The position numbers and the translations under genes were made by a program. The notes beneath the pieces are model-generated. The model was not told where the DNA came from and searched no databases. It was given only the letters and a program-made list of their open reading frames with translations. Positions 27,347-38,600 of a stretch of DNA of 64,000 nt are shown piece after piece. The stretch covers positions 32,538 through 96,537 of the forward strand of contig JAGWUP010000009.1 of assembly GCA_028868375.1 (NCBI GenBank). The letters are read 5' to 3'. Each line of letters begins with the position of its first letter. The first letter of the stretch is position 1. The DNA is from Elusimicrobiota bacterium. GTDB taxonomy: Bacteria > Elusimicrobiota > Elusimicrobia > UBA1565 > UBA9628.

Positions 27347-28165
27347 CTACGCCTGCGTGGAGCCTCGGCGGCGGCTTGTCGCTAGCAGCAGAAGCAGGAA
27401 GACGGCCAGCATGATCAGGACGATCGTGCCGCCGGTCGAGAGATTCAGATAGAAGGAGGCGAGCATCCCGCAGACCACCGAGAACAGGGAGATCGCCTCC
27501 GCGTAGGCGATCGTGGCGGCGAAGCTGCGGCGCAGCTGCAGGGCGGCCACGACCGGCACCACGATCAGGGCCGCGATCAGCAGAACCCCTATGATGGGAA
27601 TCGACAGGGTGATGGTCAAGGCGGAGAGCAGTATCAGGATCACGTTGATCGCCCGCGTCGGCAAGCCGGAGACCCGCGCCGATTCCTCGTCGAACGTGAT
27701 GTAGACCAGCTCCTTATAAAGGAAGGCGACGGCGGCGGCGACGATGACGGCCAAGACGGAGATCGTCAGGACGTCCCCCCTGGTGACCGTGACGATGCTT
27801 CCAAAAAGATAGTTGAAGAGGCTGGTGTTGAAGCCCCGGCCCAGGCTGAGCAGGATGGTCGCCAAGGCCAGGCTGCCGGACAAGAACAGGGCCAGCGCCG
27901 ACTCGCCGTAGACGCGTCGGGTCAGCCTGAGGCTCTCGATGCCGAGGCTGGCCAGCACGGTGACGGCCAGGGCGGCGAGGATGGGGTTAAAGCCCAGCAG
28001 CAGGCCCAGGGCGATGCCGGCCAAGGAGACGTGCGCCAGGGTGTCGGCGATCAAGGAGTAGCGCCGCAGCACCAAAAAGGTGCCGATCAAGGGGGCCACC
28101 AGGGCGACGATGATCCCGGCCTCGAAGCCCCGCAGCACGAAGCCGTAATGGAAGAGGGCCAGCAC
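27347..28165 (-). CDS. metal ABC transporter permease (ZnuB/TroC/MntB family)
   Basis: GTG start overlapping the ATPase stop (TAGTG), with an AGGAGG RBS. 8 TM helices with ZnuB-like conservation (SLIADTLAHVSLAGIALG). Confidence 0.75.
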   Translation of the reverse strand: MLALFHYGFVLRGFEAGIIVALVAPLIGTFLVLRRYSLIADTLAHVSLAGIALGLLLGFNPILAALAVTVLASLGIESLRLTRRVYGESALALFLSGSLALATILLSLGRGFNTSLFNYLFGSIVTVTRGDVLTISVLAVIVAAAVAFLYKELVYITFDEESARVSGLPTRAINVILILLSALTITLSIPIIGVLLIAALIVVPVVAALQLRRSFAATIAYAEAISLFSVVCGMLASFYLNLSTGGTIVLIMLAVFLLLLLATSRRRGSTQA

Positions 28166-28932
28166 TAGGCCTCCTGGCCGCGGCGCTCGTGGGGATGGAT
28201 CTCCGCGTGGGTCTTGCGGAAATAATCGTCCAGGGACTCGTGAAAAAACAGGGTCCGGTCGACGCAGGCGACGTGCATCGCCTGATGCGCCATCCGCTCG
28301 ATGTCGTGGGTCACCAGGACGACCGTCAAGCGCAGCTCCTCGTTGAGGCGCCTGAGCAGCCGGTAGAATTCGTCCTTGACCGCCTGCTCGACTCCCACCG
28401 TGGGCTCGTCTAGAAACAGGACCTCCGGCTCGCCGGCCAGCGCGCGCGCGATGAAGACCCGCTGCTGCTGGCCGCCGGAGAGATCCCCGATGAGGCGTCC
28501 CCGCTGCGGCAACAGGCCCACCCGCTCGAGCGCCAGCTCGGCCTGGGCCCTGTCCTGCCTGCCCAGGCGCCGCAGCAGGCCCCGCCGCGCGAAGCGCCCC
28601 ATCAATACGACTTCCTCGACCGTGGCGGGAAAATTCTCGTCGAAGCTGGTCGCCTTCTGAGGCACGTAGCCGATCCGAAACCATTGCCGGAAGGCCGAGA
28701 TGTCCTGGCCGAAGAGCCGGACCGCGCCTGAGGAAGGCTTGAGCAGGCCCAGCGTGATCCGCAGCAGGGTCGTTTTTCCAGCCCCGTTGCCGCCGACGAT
28801 GCCGAGATAGTCGCCGCGATGAACCGCCAGGCTGACGTCGCTTAGAATCTCGCGGGCTCCGTAGGAAAAGGACGCGTGCGAGACCTCGATGATGTTGTCG
28901 CGATGATCGACGGCCGCGGCGGCTAGCGGCAT
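28165..28932 (-). CDS. metal ABC transporter ATP-binding protein (ZnuC/TroB family)
   Basis: Walker A GGNGAGKTT, signature LSGGQQQRVFIARA, Walker B LFLDEP and an H-loop. Start is 4 nt after the substrate-binding protein's stop. Confidence 0.85.
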   Translation of the reverse strand: MPLAAAAVDHRDNIIEVSHASFSYGAREILSDVSLAVHRGDYLGIVGGNGAGKTTLLRITLGLLKPSSGAVRLFGQDISAFRQWFRIGYVPQKATSFDENFPATVEEVVLMGRFARRGLLRRLGRQDRAQAELALERVGLLPQRGRLIGDLSGGQQQRVFIARALAGEPEVLFLDEPTVGVEQAVKDEFYRLLRRLNEELRLTVVLVTHDIERMAHQAMHVACVDRTLFFHESLDDYFRKTHAEIHPHERRGQEA

Positions 28933-29753
28933 CGCAGGGCCGTCCTGAGGGCGGCGAGGTTGGCCCTCATCCGCGCGAAATAGTCCTTTTGAGCGGGCAG
29001 GGTGGCCTCCAGCGAATCGAGGGACAGCGCCGTCGCTCCGGTCTCGCCGGCCACGGTGCGGGCCAGCTTGGGGGAGACCAGGGGCTCGAAAAAGACGGTC
29101 GTGACGCGGTGCTGCCGCGCGAAATCGACGACTCCGGCCAGGCGCCGAGGGGAGGGCTGGGAATCCGGGGACAGCCCTAAAATCGCGACCTGCCGCAGCC
29201 CGTAGGCCGCGGCGAGGTAGCCGAAGGCGGCATGGGAGACGACGATGTCGCGGCCGGCGCAGCGCGCCAGGCCTCGCCGATAGTCCCCGTCCAAGGCCTC
29301 CAGGCGGGCGTGGAGGAGGCGCTCGTTGGCGGCGAAGAACGGCGCGTCGGCGGCGTCCGCCCCGGCCATGGCCCGCTCGATGTCCGCGGACAGGCGCTCG
29401 GCCAGCCTCGCAGACAGCCAGACATGGGGATCCGGATCGCCGAAGCCGACGCGCGCCGAGCGGGAGCGCCGCGACTTGAGGGACTCGGCGAGGCGCTCTC
29501 CCCACGGTTCCACGACGCCGTCGAAAAGAAACAGCCCGCTGCCCTCGATGCGGGCGACGTCGCGAGCCGTCGGCTCGTAGTCGTGCGGCTCGGCGCCGGC
29601 CGGAGTGACGTTGAACACCGCGGCGCGGCGTCCCCCGATCGAAGAGGCGAAAAACCAGATCGGATAAAAGCTGGCCGCGACCGTCAAGCGGGGCGCGGCG
29701 GCCGCCGGAGCGCCCAAGGCCAGCAGCGCGGCCAGGAGCGCCGAGGGCCTCAT
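28923..29753 (-). CDS. metal ABC transporter substrate-binding protein (ZnuA/TroA cluster-9 family)
   Basis: Signal peptide MRPSALLAALLALGAPAAA, conserved HAAFGYL and DPHVWL metal-site motifs. ATGA overlap with the upstream yceI-like gene. Confidence 0.8.
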   Translation of the reverse strand: MRPSALLAALLALGAPAAAAPRLTVAASFYPIWFFASSIGGRRAAVFNVTPAGAEPHDYEPTARDVARIEGSGLFLFDGVVEPWGERLAESLKSRRSRSARVGFGDPDPHVWLSARLAERLSADIERAMAGADAADAPFFAANERLLHARLEALDGDYRRGLARCAGRDIVVSHAAFGYLAAAYGLRQVAILGLSPDSQPSPRRLAGVVDFARQHRVTTVFFEPLVSPKLARTVAGETGATALSLDSLEATLPAQKDYFARMRANLAALRTALRCR

Positions 29754-30364
29754 GGCGCGCGAGCGCCCTTGCCCGCCGCGACCGCCTCGACGTCGATGCG
29801 GATTTGGACCTCGTCGCCGACCATCACCCCGCCGCTCTCCAGGACCTTGTTCCAGACCAAGCCGAAATCCCTGCGGTCGATCTTCGTCGTGGCGGAGGCC
29901 CCCAATCGCTCGTGGCCCCACGGATCCTTGACGGTGCCGCCCACCTCCAGCGCCAGCGCCACCGGCCTGCTCACCCCTCTGATCGTCAGCTCGCCGTAGA
30001 GCGTGCCGGAGCCGTCCTTGCCGAGCGCGGCGCGCCGGCTCTCAAAGACGACCTCGGGAAACTTCTCGACGTCCAGGAAATCCGCCGAGCGCAGATGCTT
30101 GTCGCGCGCCGCCACCCCGGTGTCGATGGAGGCGGCGTCGATCTTCGCCTGAGCCCCCCAAGCCGAGGGCTTGCCCTTCTCGTAGTCGATGCTCCCCGAG
30201 AAGCGGCTAAAATGCCCGTTGACCTCGCTGATCACCAGGTGCTTGACCCGGAAGCTCACCGCGCTGTGCTGCGGATCGATCTCGTAGCGCTCGGCCCGGG
30301 CCAGCCCCGGCAGAAGGGCCAGCGACAAGCCCAGCGGCAGCCAAATTCCAGCCCTGATCCCCAT
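29750..30364 (-). CDS. YceI-family periplasmic protein
   Basis: Signal peptide, YEIDPQHSAVSFRVKH N-terminal motif and a YceI-like 8-strand barrel length. It is the first gene of the metal ABC operon. Confidence 0.8.
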   Translation of the reverse strand: MGIRAGIWLPLGLSLALLPGLARAERYEIDPQHSAVSFRVKHLVISEVNGHFSRFSGSIDYEKGKPSAWGAQAKIDAASIDTGVAARDKHLRSADFLDVEKFPEVVFESRRAALGKDGSGTLYGELTIRGVSRPVALALEVGGTVKDPWGHERLGASATTKIDRRDFGLVWNKVLESGGVMVGDEVQIRIDVEAVAAGKGARAP

Positions 30365-30462
30365 AAATCCCTTTCTCCTCGGTGCGGCAGGTGGAAGCCT
30401 CCTTAAGCGTAGCAGAAAGGAAGCCGCGTCTTCACCTGCACGCCGCAGCGGCTCTGGTTGGC

Positions 30463-31170
30463 TTATCGGGAGCGCGGACTCAAATGGCGCCGTTGGATGG
30501 CCCGCCAGAGATTGGAGGGCTTGATGCAGAGGTTCTGGCGAGTGATGTTAGGACGGCCCTCGTACTCGTTCTCCAGAAGGCCGATGAAAGCGTCGTCGAA
30601 CTTGAACAAGAAGCGGGAGCCGCCGCTCTCGGCCCTGTAGAGGCCCTTCAAGACCAAACCGGGGACCACGACACCGACGGCTGACTCGCGCGAGGAATAA
30701 AGCGGCTCCATGGCGCCCCCGTCGTAGAGCCTGAGCTCGAAGCCCGGCTCCGACTGCAGGAACAAGCGTGAGGGCCCGTCCCCCGAGCTCGGAGGCTGTA
30801 GCTTGCCCTGGATGTCTCGGCACAGGTCACGCTTGAGGCGCGGGTAGTCGCCGTCGGGGGAAGCGAGGATCGCCCGCAGGGCTTCATCCGGGCTGTCGCT
30901 GCCCAAGCCGGGGAACAGACCCTGCCTGCGCTGGGCCAGGACAAATAGAGAGCGCAACCCCTCTTCCACCCTGGGAACGACCTGCACTCCGGGAGAACAA
31001 AATAAACCCTCCTGCTCCCGCAGCCAGGCTTTATCTTCTAGCGGGCGATGCGCGGAAAGATAGTTGAGCCGGACCCAAATGGCGACTTGGCCTAAGGGAT
31101 CGTCCTGCGCCGGCGCCGGCATGGCCGCCGCGCCGAAGGCCAAGGCGAGCAGGAGAGATGCCGTCTTCAC
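30463..31170 (-). CDS. hypothetical periplasmic protein
   Basis: GTG start giving the signal peptide VKTASLLLALAFGAAAMPAPA. No family recognised. Confidence 0.35.
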   Translation of the reverse strand: MKTASLLLALAFGAAAMPAPAQDDPLGQVAIWVRLNYLSAHRPLEDKAWLREQEGLFCSPGVQVVPRVEEGLRSLFVLAQRRQGLFPGLGSDSPDEALRAILASPDGDYPRLKRDLCRDIQGKLQPPSSGDGPSRLFLQSEPGFELRLYDGGAMEPLYSSRESAVGVVVPGLVLKGLYRAESGGSRFLFKFDDAFIGLLENEYEGRPNITRQNLCIKPSNLWRAIQRRHLSPRSR

Positions 31171-31241
31171 GCCCTCAGTGTAGGGCGTCGGGCCCGCCCC
31201 GTCAAGCGTCCCAAGCGGCGGCAACCTGGTAGAATGGTGGC

Positions 31242-31796
31242 ATGCCGAGCTGGCTGTCCCACTCCTGGAAGGTGCTGACGCTGTTCTTGATCCCGGTCGG
31301 GGGCGGCATCCCCGCCGGGGTGCTGCTGGCGCGCCATTACGCCCTGCCCTGGCCGGCCACGACGGCCCTCTACTGGCTTTCCGACGTCATCCTCGCCTGC
31401 CTCTTCGAGCCCTTGCTTAAGCTCATGGTCGTCGCCGGCCGGCACGTCGCGCTGCTGGGCCGCTTGGCGCAGGGCCTGCGGGAGGCGGTGCGCCGCACGA
31501 CCGCCCTTTATGGAGAAAGCAACGGCCCCCTGGGCCTGATCCTGGTCGCCTTCGGGGTCGATCCGATGACAGGGCGGGCCGCCGCCGCCGCGGCCGGACA
31601 CGGCTTTCTGTCCGGCTGGACCTTGTCGATCACCGGGGACATGCTCTATTTCTTCGTCATCATGGCCTCGACCCTCTGGCTCAGTTCAATCCTGGGAAAC
31701 GGAACCGTGGCGACGACGACGATCTTGGTCGTGATGACGCTCGTTCCCCCTCTCCTCGATCGCTGGCGCCGCCGCCGGCGCCTGGTCAGTAGCTGA
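31242..31796 (+). CDS. small integral membrane protein (COG2426 small multidrug-export-like)
   Basis: 184 aa with 4-5 TM helices and an N-terminal LIPVGGGIPAG motif. Confidence 0.4.
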   Translation: MPSWLSHSWKVLTLFLIPVGGGIPAGVLLARHYALPWPATTALYWLSDVILACLFEPLLKLMVVAGRHVALLGRLAQGLREAVRRTTALYGESNGPLGLILVAFGVDPMTGRAAAAAAGHGFLSGWTLSITGDMLYFFVIMASTLWLSSILGNGTVATTTILVVMTLVPPLLDRWRRRRRLVSS

Positions 31797-32802
31797 ACTT
31801 CCCCAGCTCGACGCGGCCGCGGAAGACCCAGTAGATGACGGCCGTATAGGCCAGCACGAAGGGCATGCCGCAGAGGGCGATCACGGCCATGATGCCCAGG
31901 GTCTTGGCCGAGGAGGAGGCGTTGACGACGGTCAGGCTCCAGTCCGGATTGAGGCTGGAGACGATCAGGTTGGGATAGAGGGCCGCCCCGAAGAGGGCGA
32001 TGAGCGCCGCGATGGACGCCGCCGAGGAGAGGAAGGCCTGGCCGGGGCGCCGCAAAAACAGGGAGCGCGGGATGTTGGCCAAGGCCAGCACGTTGACAGC
32101 CACCGCTCCCCACAGCCAGGGCAGCCGCTGGAAGTTGGCGATGGCGCGCGGCAGGCTCACGAGCGTGACGATGGTCGTAAAAAGGTAGAGCGTCAGGAAA
32201 ATCCCGAAGGCATGCCAGGCCCAGCGGCGCACGCGCCGCTGCAGCTCCCCGCCGGTCTTGAGGTTCAGGTAGATGGCGCCGTGCAGCGTAAAGAGGGAGA
32301 CGTTGAGCGCTCCCACCAGCAGGGCGTAGGGACGCAGGAGGTCCAAAAAACCGCCGGCGAACTCGTGGCCGCGGGCGATCGGGATGCCGAGCATGGAGTC
32401 GCCCACCGCCACGCCGAAGAGCAGCGCCGCCAGAAAGCTCGCCGCCGAGAAGGAGACGTCCCAGGCCCCGCGCCAGAGCGGGGAGGAGCGCTTGCCGCGA
32501 AACTCCATCGACACGGCCCGGAAGATCAGCGCGAAGAGCAGCAGCATGAAGGGCAAATAGAAGGCGGAGAAGGCGGTGGCGTAGGCCTCCGGGAAGGCCG
32601 CGAACAGAGCCCCGCCGAAGGTCACCAGCCACACCTCGTTGCCGTCCCACAACGGGCCGATCGAGTTCATGAACAGGCGGCGCTCCCGATCGTCGCGCGC
32701 GCCCAGATGGAGGATGCCGACGCCCAGGTCGAAGCCGTCGAGGATGGCGTAGCCGGAAAGCAGTATCCCCAGCAGGACGAACCAGAGAGCGCGCAGATCC
32801 AT
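31786..32802 (-). CDS. cydB: cytochrome bd ubiquinol oxidase subunit II
   Basis: [32 protein letters not shown]-terminus and 8-9 TM helices. ATGA overlap with cydA. Confidence 0.9.
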   Translation of the reverse strand: MDLRALWFVLLGILLSGYAILDGFDLGVGILHLGARDDRERRLFMNSIGPLWDGNEVWLVTFGGALFAAFPEAYATAFSAFYLPFMLLLFALIFRAVSMEFRGKRSSPLWRGAWDVSFSAASFLAALLFGVAVGDSMLGIPIARGHEFAGGFLDLLRPYALLVGALNVSLFTLHGAIYLNLKTGGELQRRVRRWAWHAFGIFLTLYLFTTIVTLVSLPRAIANFQRLPWLWGAVAVNVLALANIPRSLFLRRPGQAFLSSAASIAALIALFGAALYPNLIVSSLNPDWSLTVVNASSSAKTLGIMAVIALCGMPFVLAYTAVIYWVFRGRVELGKFSY

Positions 32803-34217
32803 CAGGGCTCCTCCTTCGCCTCGGTCAGCGAGCCCCCGGCGGGATCGGCGAGCTGGGCGGCCGACTCCAGCCAGCCGCGGGCGGGGACGGCGGCTGGCAG
32901 CTCCTCCGGGCCGCGCCGGATCTTGTCGTCGAGCACGCTCAACCAGACGGCCAAGAGCAGGGCGTAGATGAGCGCGAACAGGGTGATCGACAGCAATACC
33001 TCGGGAGCCGGAACCGAGCGGGAGACGGCGTCGCGCGTGCGCAGCAGGCCGTAGACGATCCAAGGCTGTCGGCCGACCTCCGCCGCGCACCAGCCCAGCT
33101 CGTTGGCCGCCAAGGCCGGCACCACGGAGCCGACCAGCGCCTTGAGCAGCCAGCGCTGCCCGTAGAGGCGGCCGCCGCGCAGCCCCCAAGCCGCCGCGCA
33201 GAACAAGGCGGCCAGCAGGAGCCCGCAGCCCACCATGGAGTGGAAGAGCCAATACGACGCCGCCACCGGCGGGCGGTCCCCCGGAGGGAAGGCGTCCAGG
33301 CCGGTGACCGGGGCGTCGAGGCGCCGATGGACTAGCCAGCTCAGCAGGCCGGGAACGGCAAGCTCTGCGCGGAGCTTTTGCCGCTTGCCGTCCGGAATGC
33401 CGAAGAGCGTCAAGGGGGCGCGGGGCTGGCTGCGGTAGAGCCCCTCGAAGGCGGCCAGCTTGGCCGGCTGCAGGCGCGCGATCAGCCGCGCCTGGACGTC
33501 TCCGGAGAGCGGCAAGAGCAGGGAGGCGCTCGCCCCGAGGAGCACCGAGACCGCCAGCGACTTGCGCGCCAGCGAGGGTCCGCGGCCCTTGAGCAGGTAG
33601 AAGGCCGAGACGCTGGCCACGAAGGCCGCGCCCAGCATCCAGGCTCCCAGGACGGTATGGACGAGGCGCGGAATGCTGGAGGGATTAAAGACCACCGCCC
33701 AGAAGCTTGCGACCTCGGCGCGCAGCACTCCCCCGTGGGACACCAGGACGTAGCCGGCGGGGGTCTGCTGCCAGGAATTGGCGACGATGATCCAGACCGC
33801 CGAGAACAGGGCCCCCAGGGCGACCAGGCAGGTCGAGAGAAAATGCATCCGCGCCGAGACCCGATCCCAGCCGAAGACCAGCACCGCCAGGAAGCCGGAC
33901 TCGAGGAAGAAGGCGAAGATGCCCTCCGCCGCCAGGGCCGAGCCGAAGACGTCGCCGACGAAACGCGAGTAGACCGCCCAATTCGTGCCGAACTGGAACT
34001 CCATCACGATTCCGCTGGCCACGCCCATGGCGAAGTTCACGGCGAAGATCTTGGTCCAGAAGCGCGCCAGGCTCTCCCATTCCTTGTCGCCGGTCCGCAG
34101 GTAGGCGCCTTCCATCAGCACCAGCAGCAGGCCCAGACCGATGGAGAGGGGCGGGAACAGGTAGTGGAACATGATCGTCAGCGCGAACTGCAGCCGCGAC
34201 AGCGTGACGATGCTCAT
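32802..34217 (-). CDS. cydA: cytochrome bd ubiquinol oxidase subunit I
   Basis: Conserved [14 protein letters not shown], heme-ligand region, a Q-loop and 9 TM helices. Confidence 0.9.
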   Translation of the reverse strand: MSIVTLSRLQFALTIMFHYLFPPLSIGLGLLLVLMEGAYLRTGDKEWESLARFWTKIFAVNFAMGVASGIVMEFQFGTNWAVYSRFVGDVFGSALAAEGIFAFFLESGFLAVLVFGWDRVSARMHFLSTCLVALGALFSAVWIIVANSWQQTPAGYVLVSHGGVLRAEVASFWAVVFNPSSIPRLVHTVLGAWMLGAAFVASVSAFYLLKGRGPSLARKSLAVSVLLGASASLLLPLSGDVQARLIARLQPAKLAAFEGLYRSQPRAPLTLFGIPDGKRQKLRAELAVPGLLSWLVHRRLDAPVTGLDAFPPGDRPPVAASYWLFHSMVGCGLLLAALFCAAAWGLRGGRLYGQRWLLKALVGSVVPALAANELGWCAAEVGRQPWIVYGLLRTRDAVSRSVPAPEVLLSITLFALIYALLLAVWLSVLDDKIRRGPEELPAAVPARGWLESAAQLADPAGGSLTEAKEEP

Positions 34218-34320
34218 GACCAGGCCCTCCCGGCTCTCATTCTAGCTCTTTGTGCGCGGCAAGCCGCCCCACGCAACGGAGGAGCCGGAATCCTTTTTGT
34301 TGCGGGAGCATCTAAAGGTC

Positions 34321-35691
34321 ATGGCGGTTTTACTGGCGATTTTGTTGGCGGCGTCCTTGCCGCCGGCTCTCTGCGCGGCCCCGGCCGCCCAGCGCTGGAG
34401 CCTGACGCAGGCAGTCGAGGAGGTCCTCTCCGCGAGCCCCGAGCTGGCCCAGGCCAGGGAGCGGCGAGAAGCGGCCGCGGCCGGCCTGGCCCAAGCGAGG
34501 CTGGAGGCCCTGCCGCGCCTGACGGCCCGGGCGCAGGTCGCGCGCGGCGACGACCCGGTCTACGTTTTTTCCTCCCTCTTGCAGCAGCGCCGCTTCGAGG
34601 CCCGGAACTTCGCGCTCGACGCGCTCAACCACCCGGGCGATCTGACCGCGATCCACGGCGCCCTGGAGCTGGGGCTGCCGCTGTTCACCGCCTATGCCTT
34701 GACCACCGAGCGCTTAAAGGCGCGCGCGGGGCTTTCAGCGGCGCGGGCCGCTGGCGAGGCCTCCCTGCAGGCGGAGCGCGCTCAGGCCGTGGAGGCCTAC
34801 CTGCGCATCCTGCTGGCGAGCTCCCTGCTGGCCAACGACAGCAAGCGCGTCGAGGCGGCGAAAACCGAGATCGAAGAGGCTGACCGCCTGCGCGAGCGCG
34901 GGCTGGTGCTGGGCGCGGATTTCTACGCGGCCCGGGCGCTGCTGGCCGGGCTGCGCGCCTCGCAATCGCGCCGGCGAAGCGAGCTGGCCTCGGCTCAGGC
35001 GACGCTGGCTCTATTGGCCGGGCGCGGGGAGGAGGAGGCGATCGAGACGACGGGCCGCCTGGACGGGACGGACTCTCCGGAGGTCTCCCTGCGAAGCTTG
35101 ACGGAGGAGGCGCTGCAAAGACGCGGCGAGCTGCTGCGGGCGCGGGCCGACGAGATTTCGGCCGCCGCCGGCCTGCGGCGCGCGCGCCTAAGCGCCCTGC
35201 CGAGCCTGGAGGCCTTCGCGGCCCTCTCGGCTGACTCCTCCGATCTGTCCTCCAGCGCCTCCAGCCGCCTCGTCGGCCTGCGCGCCTCCCTGCCGCTGGG
35301 CGACCCAAGCTATTTCGAGCGGCGCCGCCGCGCCGCAGCCCAGCTCGGCGCCGCGCGCGCCGACTCCAAGACCCTGGAGCGCTCCATCCGCATAGAGCTT
35401 GCCCAGCGCTACCAGGACTACGAGTCCGCCCGCGCGCAACTCCCCCTGGCGCGCTCGGCCGCCCAGGAGGCGGCCAGCTCGCTGCGGCTTCTGCGCCCCC
35501 TCTATCGCGAGGGCCGAGAGAGCATCCTCGACGTCCTAAAGGGAGAGAGGGCGCTCGAGGAGGCGCGCGCGGCCGCCCTGCAGGCGGCGTTTTCGGCGCA
35601 TCTGGGCTACGCCAGGCTGCGGGCGGCGGCCGGGACCCTCGATGAGGCCGCCGTCGGCGAGATCGCCGCGCGGCTGGGAGAGGCACGATGA
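34321..35691 (+). CDS. TolC-family outer membrane efflux protein
   Basis: Signal peptide MAVLLAILLAASLPPALCAAPAA and duplicated coiled-coil/beta repeats. Confidence 0.75.
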   Translation: MAVLLAILLAASLPPALCAAPAAQRWSLTQAVEEVLSASPELAQARERREAAAAGLAQARLEALPRLTARAQVARGDDPVYVFSSLLQQRRFEARNFALDALNHPGDLTAIHGALELGLPLFTAYALTTERLKARAGLSAARAAGEASLQAERAQAVEAYLRILLASSLLANDSKRVEAAKTEIEEADRLRERGLVLGADFYAARALLAGLRASQSRRRSELASAQATLALLAGRGEEEAIETTGRLDGTDSPEVSLRSLTEEALQRRGELLRARADEISAAAGLRRARLSALPSLEAFAALSADSSDLSSSASSRLVGLRASLPLGDPSYFERRRRAAAQLGAARADSKTLERSIRIELAQRYQDYESARAQLPLARSAAQEAASSLRLLRPLYREGRESILDVLKGERALEEARAAALQAAFSAHLGYARLRAAAGTLDEAAVGEIAARLGEAR

Positions 35692-38600
35692 GCGGCGAGG
35701 GCCGCCGCCTGGGCGCCGCCGGAGCCCTGGCGCGCGCCTTCGTCGACTCCAAGCTCACCTTGCTCTTGGTCCTGGGCTCGCTGCTTCTGGGGCTCTTCGC
35801 CATCCTGCGGCTGCCGCGCGAGGAGGAGCCGCAGATCGACGTCCCCTTCTTCGACATCTTCGTGCCCTTCCCCGGGGCCGGGGCCAAGGAGGTCGAGCGC
35901 CGCGTCGTCGACGTAGGGGAGCGCAAGCTTTGGGAAATCCCGGGCGTCGAGTACGTCTACTCCACCGCCCAGCCGGGCTCGGCGCTCTTCATCGTCCGCT
36001 TCAAGGTCGGAATGGACCCGGACGAGGCGATGACCCGGGTCTACACCAAGGTCTTCTCCAACCTCGACCTGCTGCCCGCGGGGGCGCTGCCTCCCCTCAT
36101 CAAGCCCCGGTCGATCGACGACGTCCCCATCCTGGCGCTGACCCTCTCCGGCCCCGGCCTGGACGGCCTGGCCCTGCGGCGCGCGGCCGCGACTCTGCGC
36201 GAGAAGATCAGCTCGGCGGAAAACGTCTCCGACATAGAGATCATCGGGGGGCGGCGCCGGCAATTCTCCGTGCGCTTCAGTCCTGAGGCCCTGGCGCGCC
36301 GCCGGCTGACCCCCGAGAGGATCGCCGCCATCATCCGCGGCTCCAACGCGCGCCTGTCGGCCGGCAGGATCGACGAGGGGATGCGCTCGCTGGATGTGGA
36401 GACGGACTCTTTCATCCGCACGGCCGATGACCTGCGCCAGGTCGTGCTCGGAGTCTCCGCTGGCCGGCCCATCCGCCTGGGCGAGGTGGCGCAAGTCTTA
36501 GACTCCGTCGACGAGACCCAGCATGAGGTCCTGCTCGACGGGCATCCCGCCGTCACCCTGGCCGTCTCCAAGCGCCGCGGCTCCAACGCCACGACCGTCT
36601 CGCGCGAGGCTCTGGCGCGAGTGGCGCAAGCCCGGCCCGAGCTGCCGCCCCAGCTCAAGATCGCGGTCACGCGCGACTACGGCCGCAGCGCCAAGGAAAA
36701 GTCGGACGAGCTGCTCTTTCACATGGCGCTGGCCACGCTCTCCGTGGCCCTTCTCATCGCCCTGGCCCTGGGCCCGCGCGAGGCCGCCGTCGTCTTGGTG
36801 GCCATCCCGGTCACGCTGAGCCTGACCCTGCTGGTCTACTTCCTGCTGGGCTACACCCTCAACCGCATCACCCTCTTCGCCCTGATATTCTCCATCGGCA
36901 TCCTGGTCGACGACGCCATCGTGGTCGTAGAGAACATCCACCGCCATTTCGCGATGGCAGACGAGCGCCCCCTGTCCGCGCTGGCCGTGGAGGCCGTGGC
37001 CGAGGTGGGAAACCCGACCATCCTCGCCACCTGGGCCGTGATCGCCGCGATCCTGCCCATGGCCTTCGTGGGCGGCCTGATGGGCCCCTACATGCGCCCG
37101 ATCCCCGTGGGGGCCTCCTGCGCGATGCTCTTCTCCCTGGCGGTCGCCTTCGTCGTCTCCCCCTGGGCCTTCACGCGCGTGCTGGCGGTCTGGAAGCCGA
37201 ATCGAGACGGCTGCCGCGGCAAGGAGGGCCGCCTGGACCGGCTCTACCGCCGCGGCATGCGCGCCCTGCTCGAGCGCCCCGGATTGCGCCGCGCCTACTT
37301 CGCGGCGACGGCGCTGCTTCTCATCGGGGCGGGCGCCTTGGTGCTGGCGGGCAAGGTCGTCGTCAAGATGCTTCCCTTCGACAACAAGGACGAGTTCGAG
37401 GTCGTTCTCAATCTGCCGGAGGACGCCAGCTTCGCGGCCACGCGCAAGGCCAGCGCCGAGATCGCGGGCTACCTAAAGACAATCCCGGAGGTCCGGCGCG
37501 TCGTCTCCTACGTCGGCGCCTCCGCGCCCTACAACTTCAACGGCCTGGTGCGGCATTACTTCCTGCGCCGAAACCCCAACCAGGCCGACATCGCCGTCCA
37601 GCTGCTGCCGCGCTCCCGGCGCCGCCGCCAAAGCCACGAGATCGCCCGCGCCGCGCGCGCTCCGCTCTCGGCGATCGCCAGGCGCTACGGCGCCCGGCTG
37701 CAGGTCGCCGAGGTCCCCCCCGGCCCGCCGGTGCTCTCGACCCTGGTGCTGGAGCTCTACGGCCCGAGGCGGCGAGAGCTCGCCCGCAAGGTCCTGGCCC
37801 TGCTTCAATCGGCTCCCGGAATCGTCGATGTAGACACCTACGAGGCCGGCCCCCAGCCGTTGGAGCGATTGCTCGTCGATCGCCAGAAGAGCGCCTTGAA
37901 CGCGATCGCCCCCGCCCGAATCGCCCAGGCGGCGCGGCAGGCCGTCTCGGGCGAGCTGGTGGATCTGGCCCACACCGAGGCGGACAAGGAGCCGGTCGAG
38001 ATCAGGCTGCGCCTGCCGCAGGCCAGGCGCCACGATCTCTCCGCGCTGCTGCGCACCTCCCTGATCTCCCGCTCCGGCTCTCCCCTGTCGATCGGAGCCC
38101 TGACGAGCGCGCGCCGAGCTTTCCAGGACGAACCGATTGACCACAAGAACCTCCGTTCCGTCTCCTACGTGCTGGCCGACGTCTCCGGCCCTCAGGAATC
38201 CCCCATCTACGCCATGCTTAACCTCCAGCCCAAGATCCGCGCCCTGGGGGTCGCGCAATACTTCGCGCGGCAGCCCTCGGACTCGCGGCAGCCGGCGCTC
38301 AAGTGGGACGGGGAATGGCAGATCACCTACGAGGTCTTTAGAGACCTGGGCCTGGCCTTCCTCCTGGCGCTCCTGCTCATCTACGCCCTGGTGGTGGCTT
38401 GGTTTGAGTCCTTCTCGATTCCGCTGGTCATCATGGCTCCCATCCCCCTGACACTGATCGGCATCCTCCCGGCGCATTGGCTGCTGGGGGCCTTCTTCAC
38501 CGCCACCTCGATGATCGGCTTCATCGCTGGGGCGGGCATCGTGGTGCGCAACTCCATTATCCTTGTCGACTTCATCGAATTGCGGCGCCGCCAGGGCGTC

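Noticed and set aside
34218-34320. Possible weak sigma-54-like element CGGCtcctccgTTGCG upstream of cydA
   Set aside because: The -24 box is degenerate (CGGC) and the implied leader is about 60 nt. It was left out of the features as too speculative.
34685-35926. 413-aa minus-strand ORF
   Set aside because: It is antisense to the TolC-like and RND genes. Its very Arg/Pro/Ala-rich composition is a GC-artefact signature.
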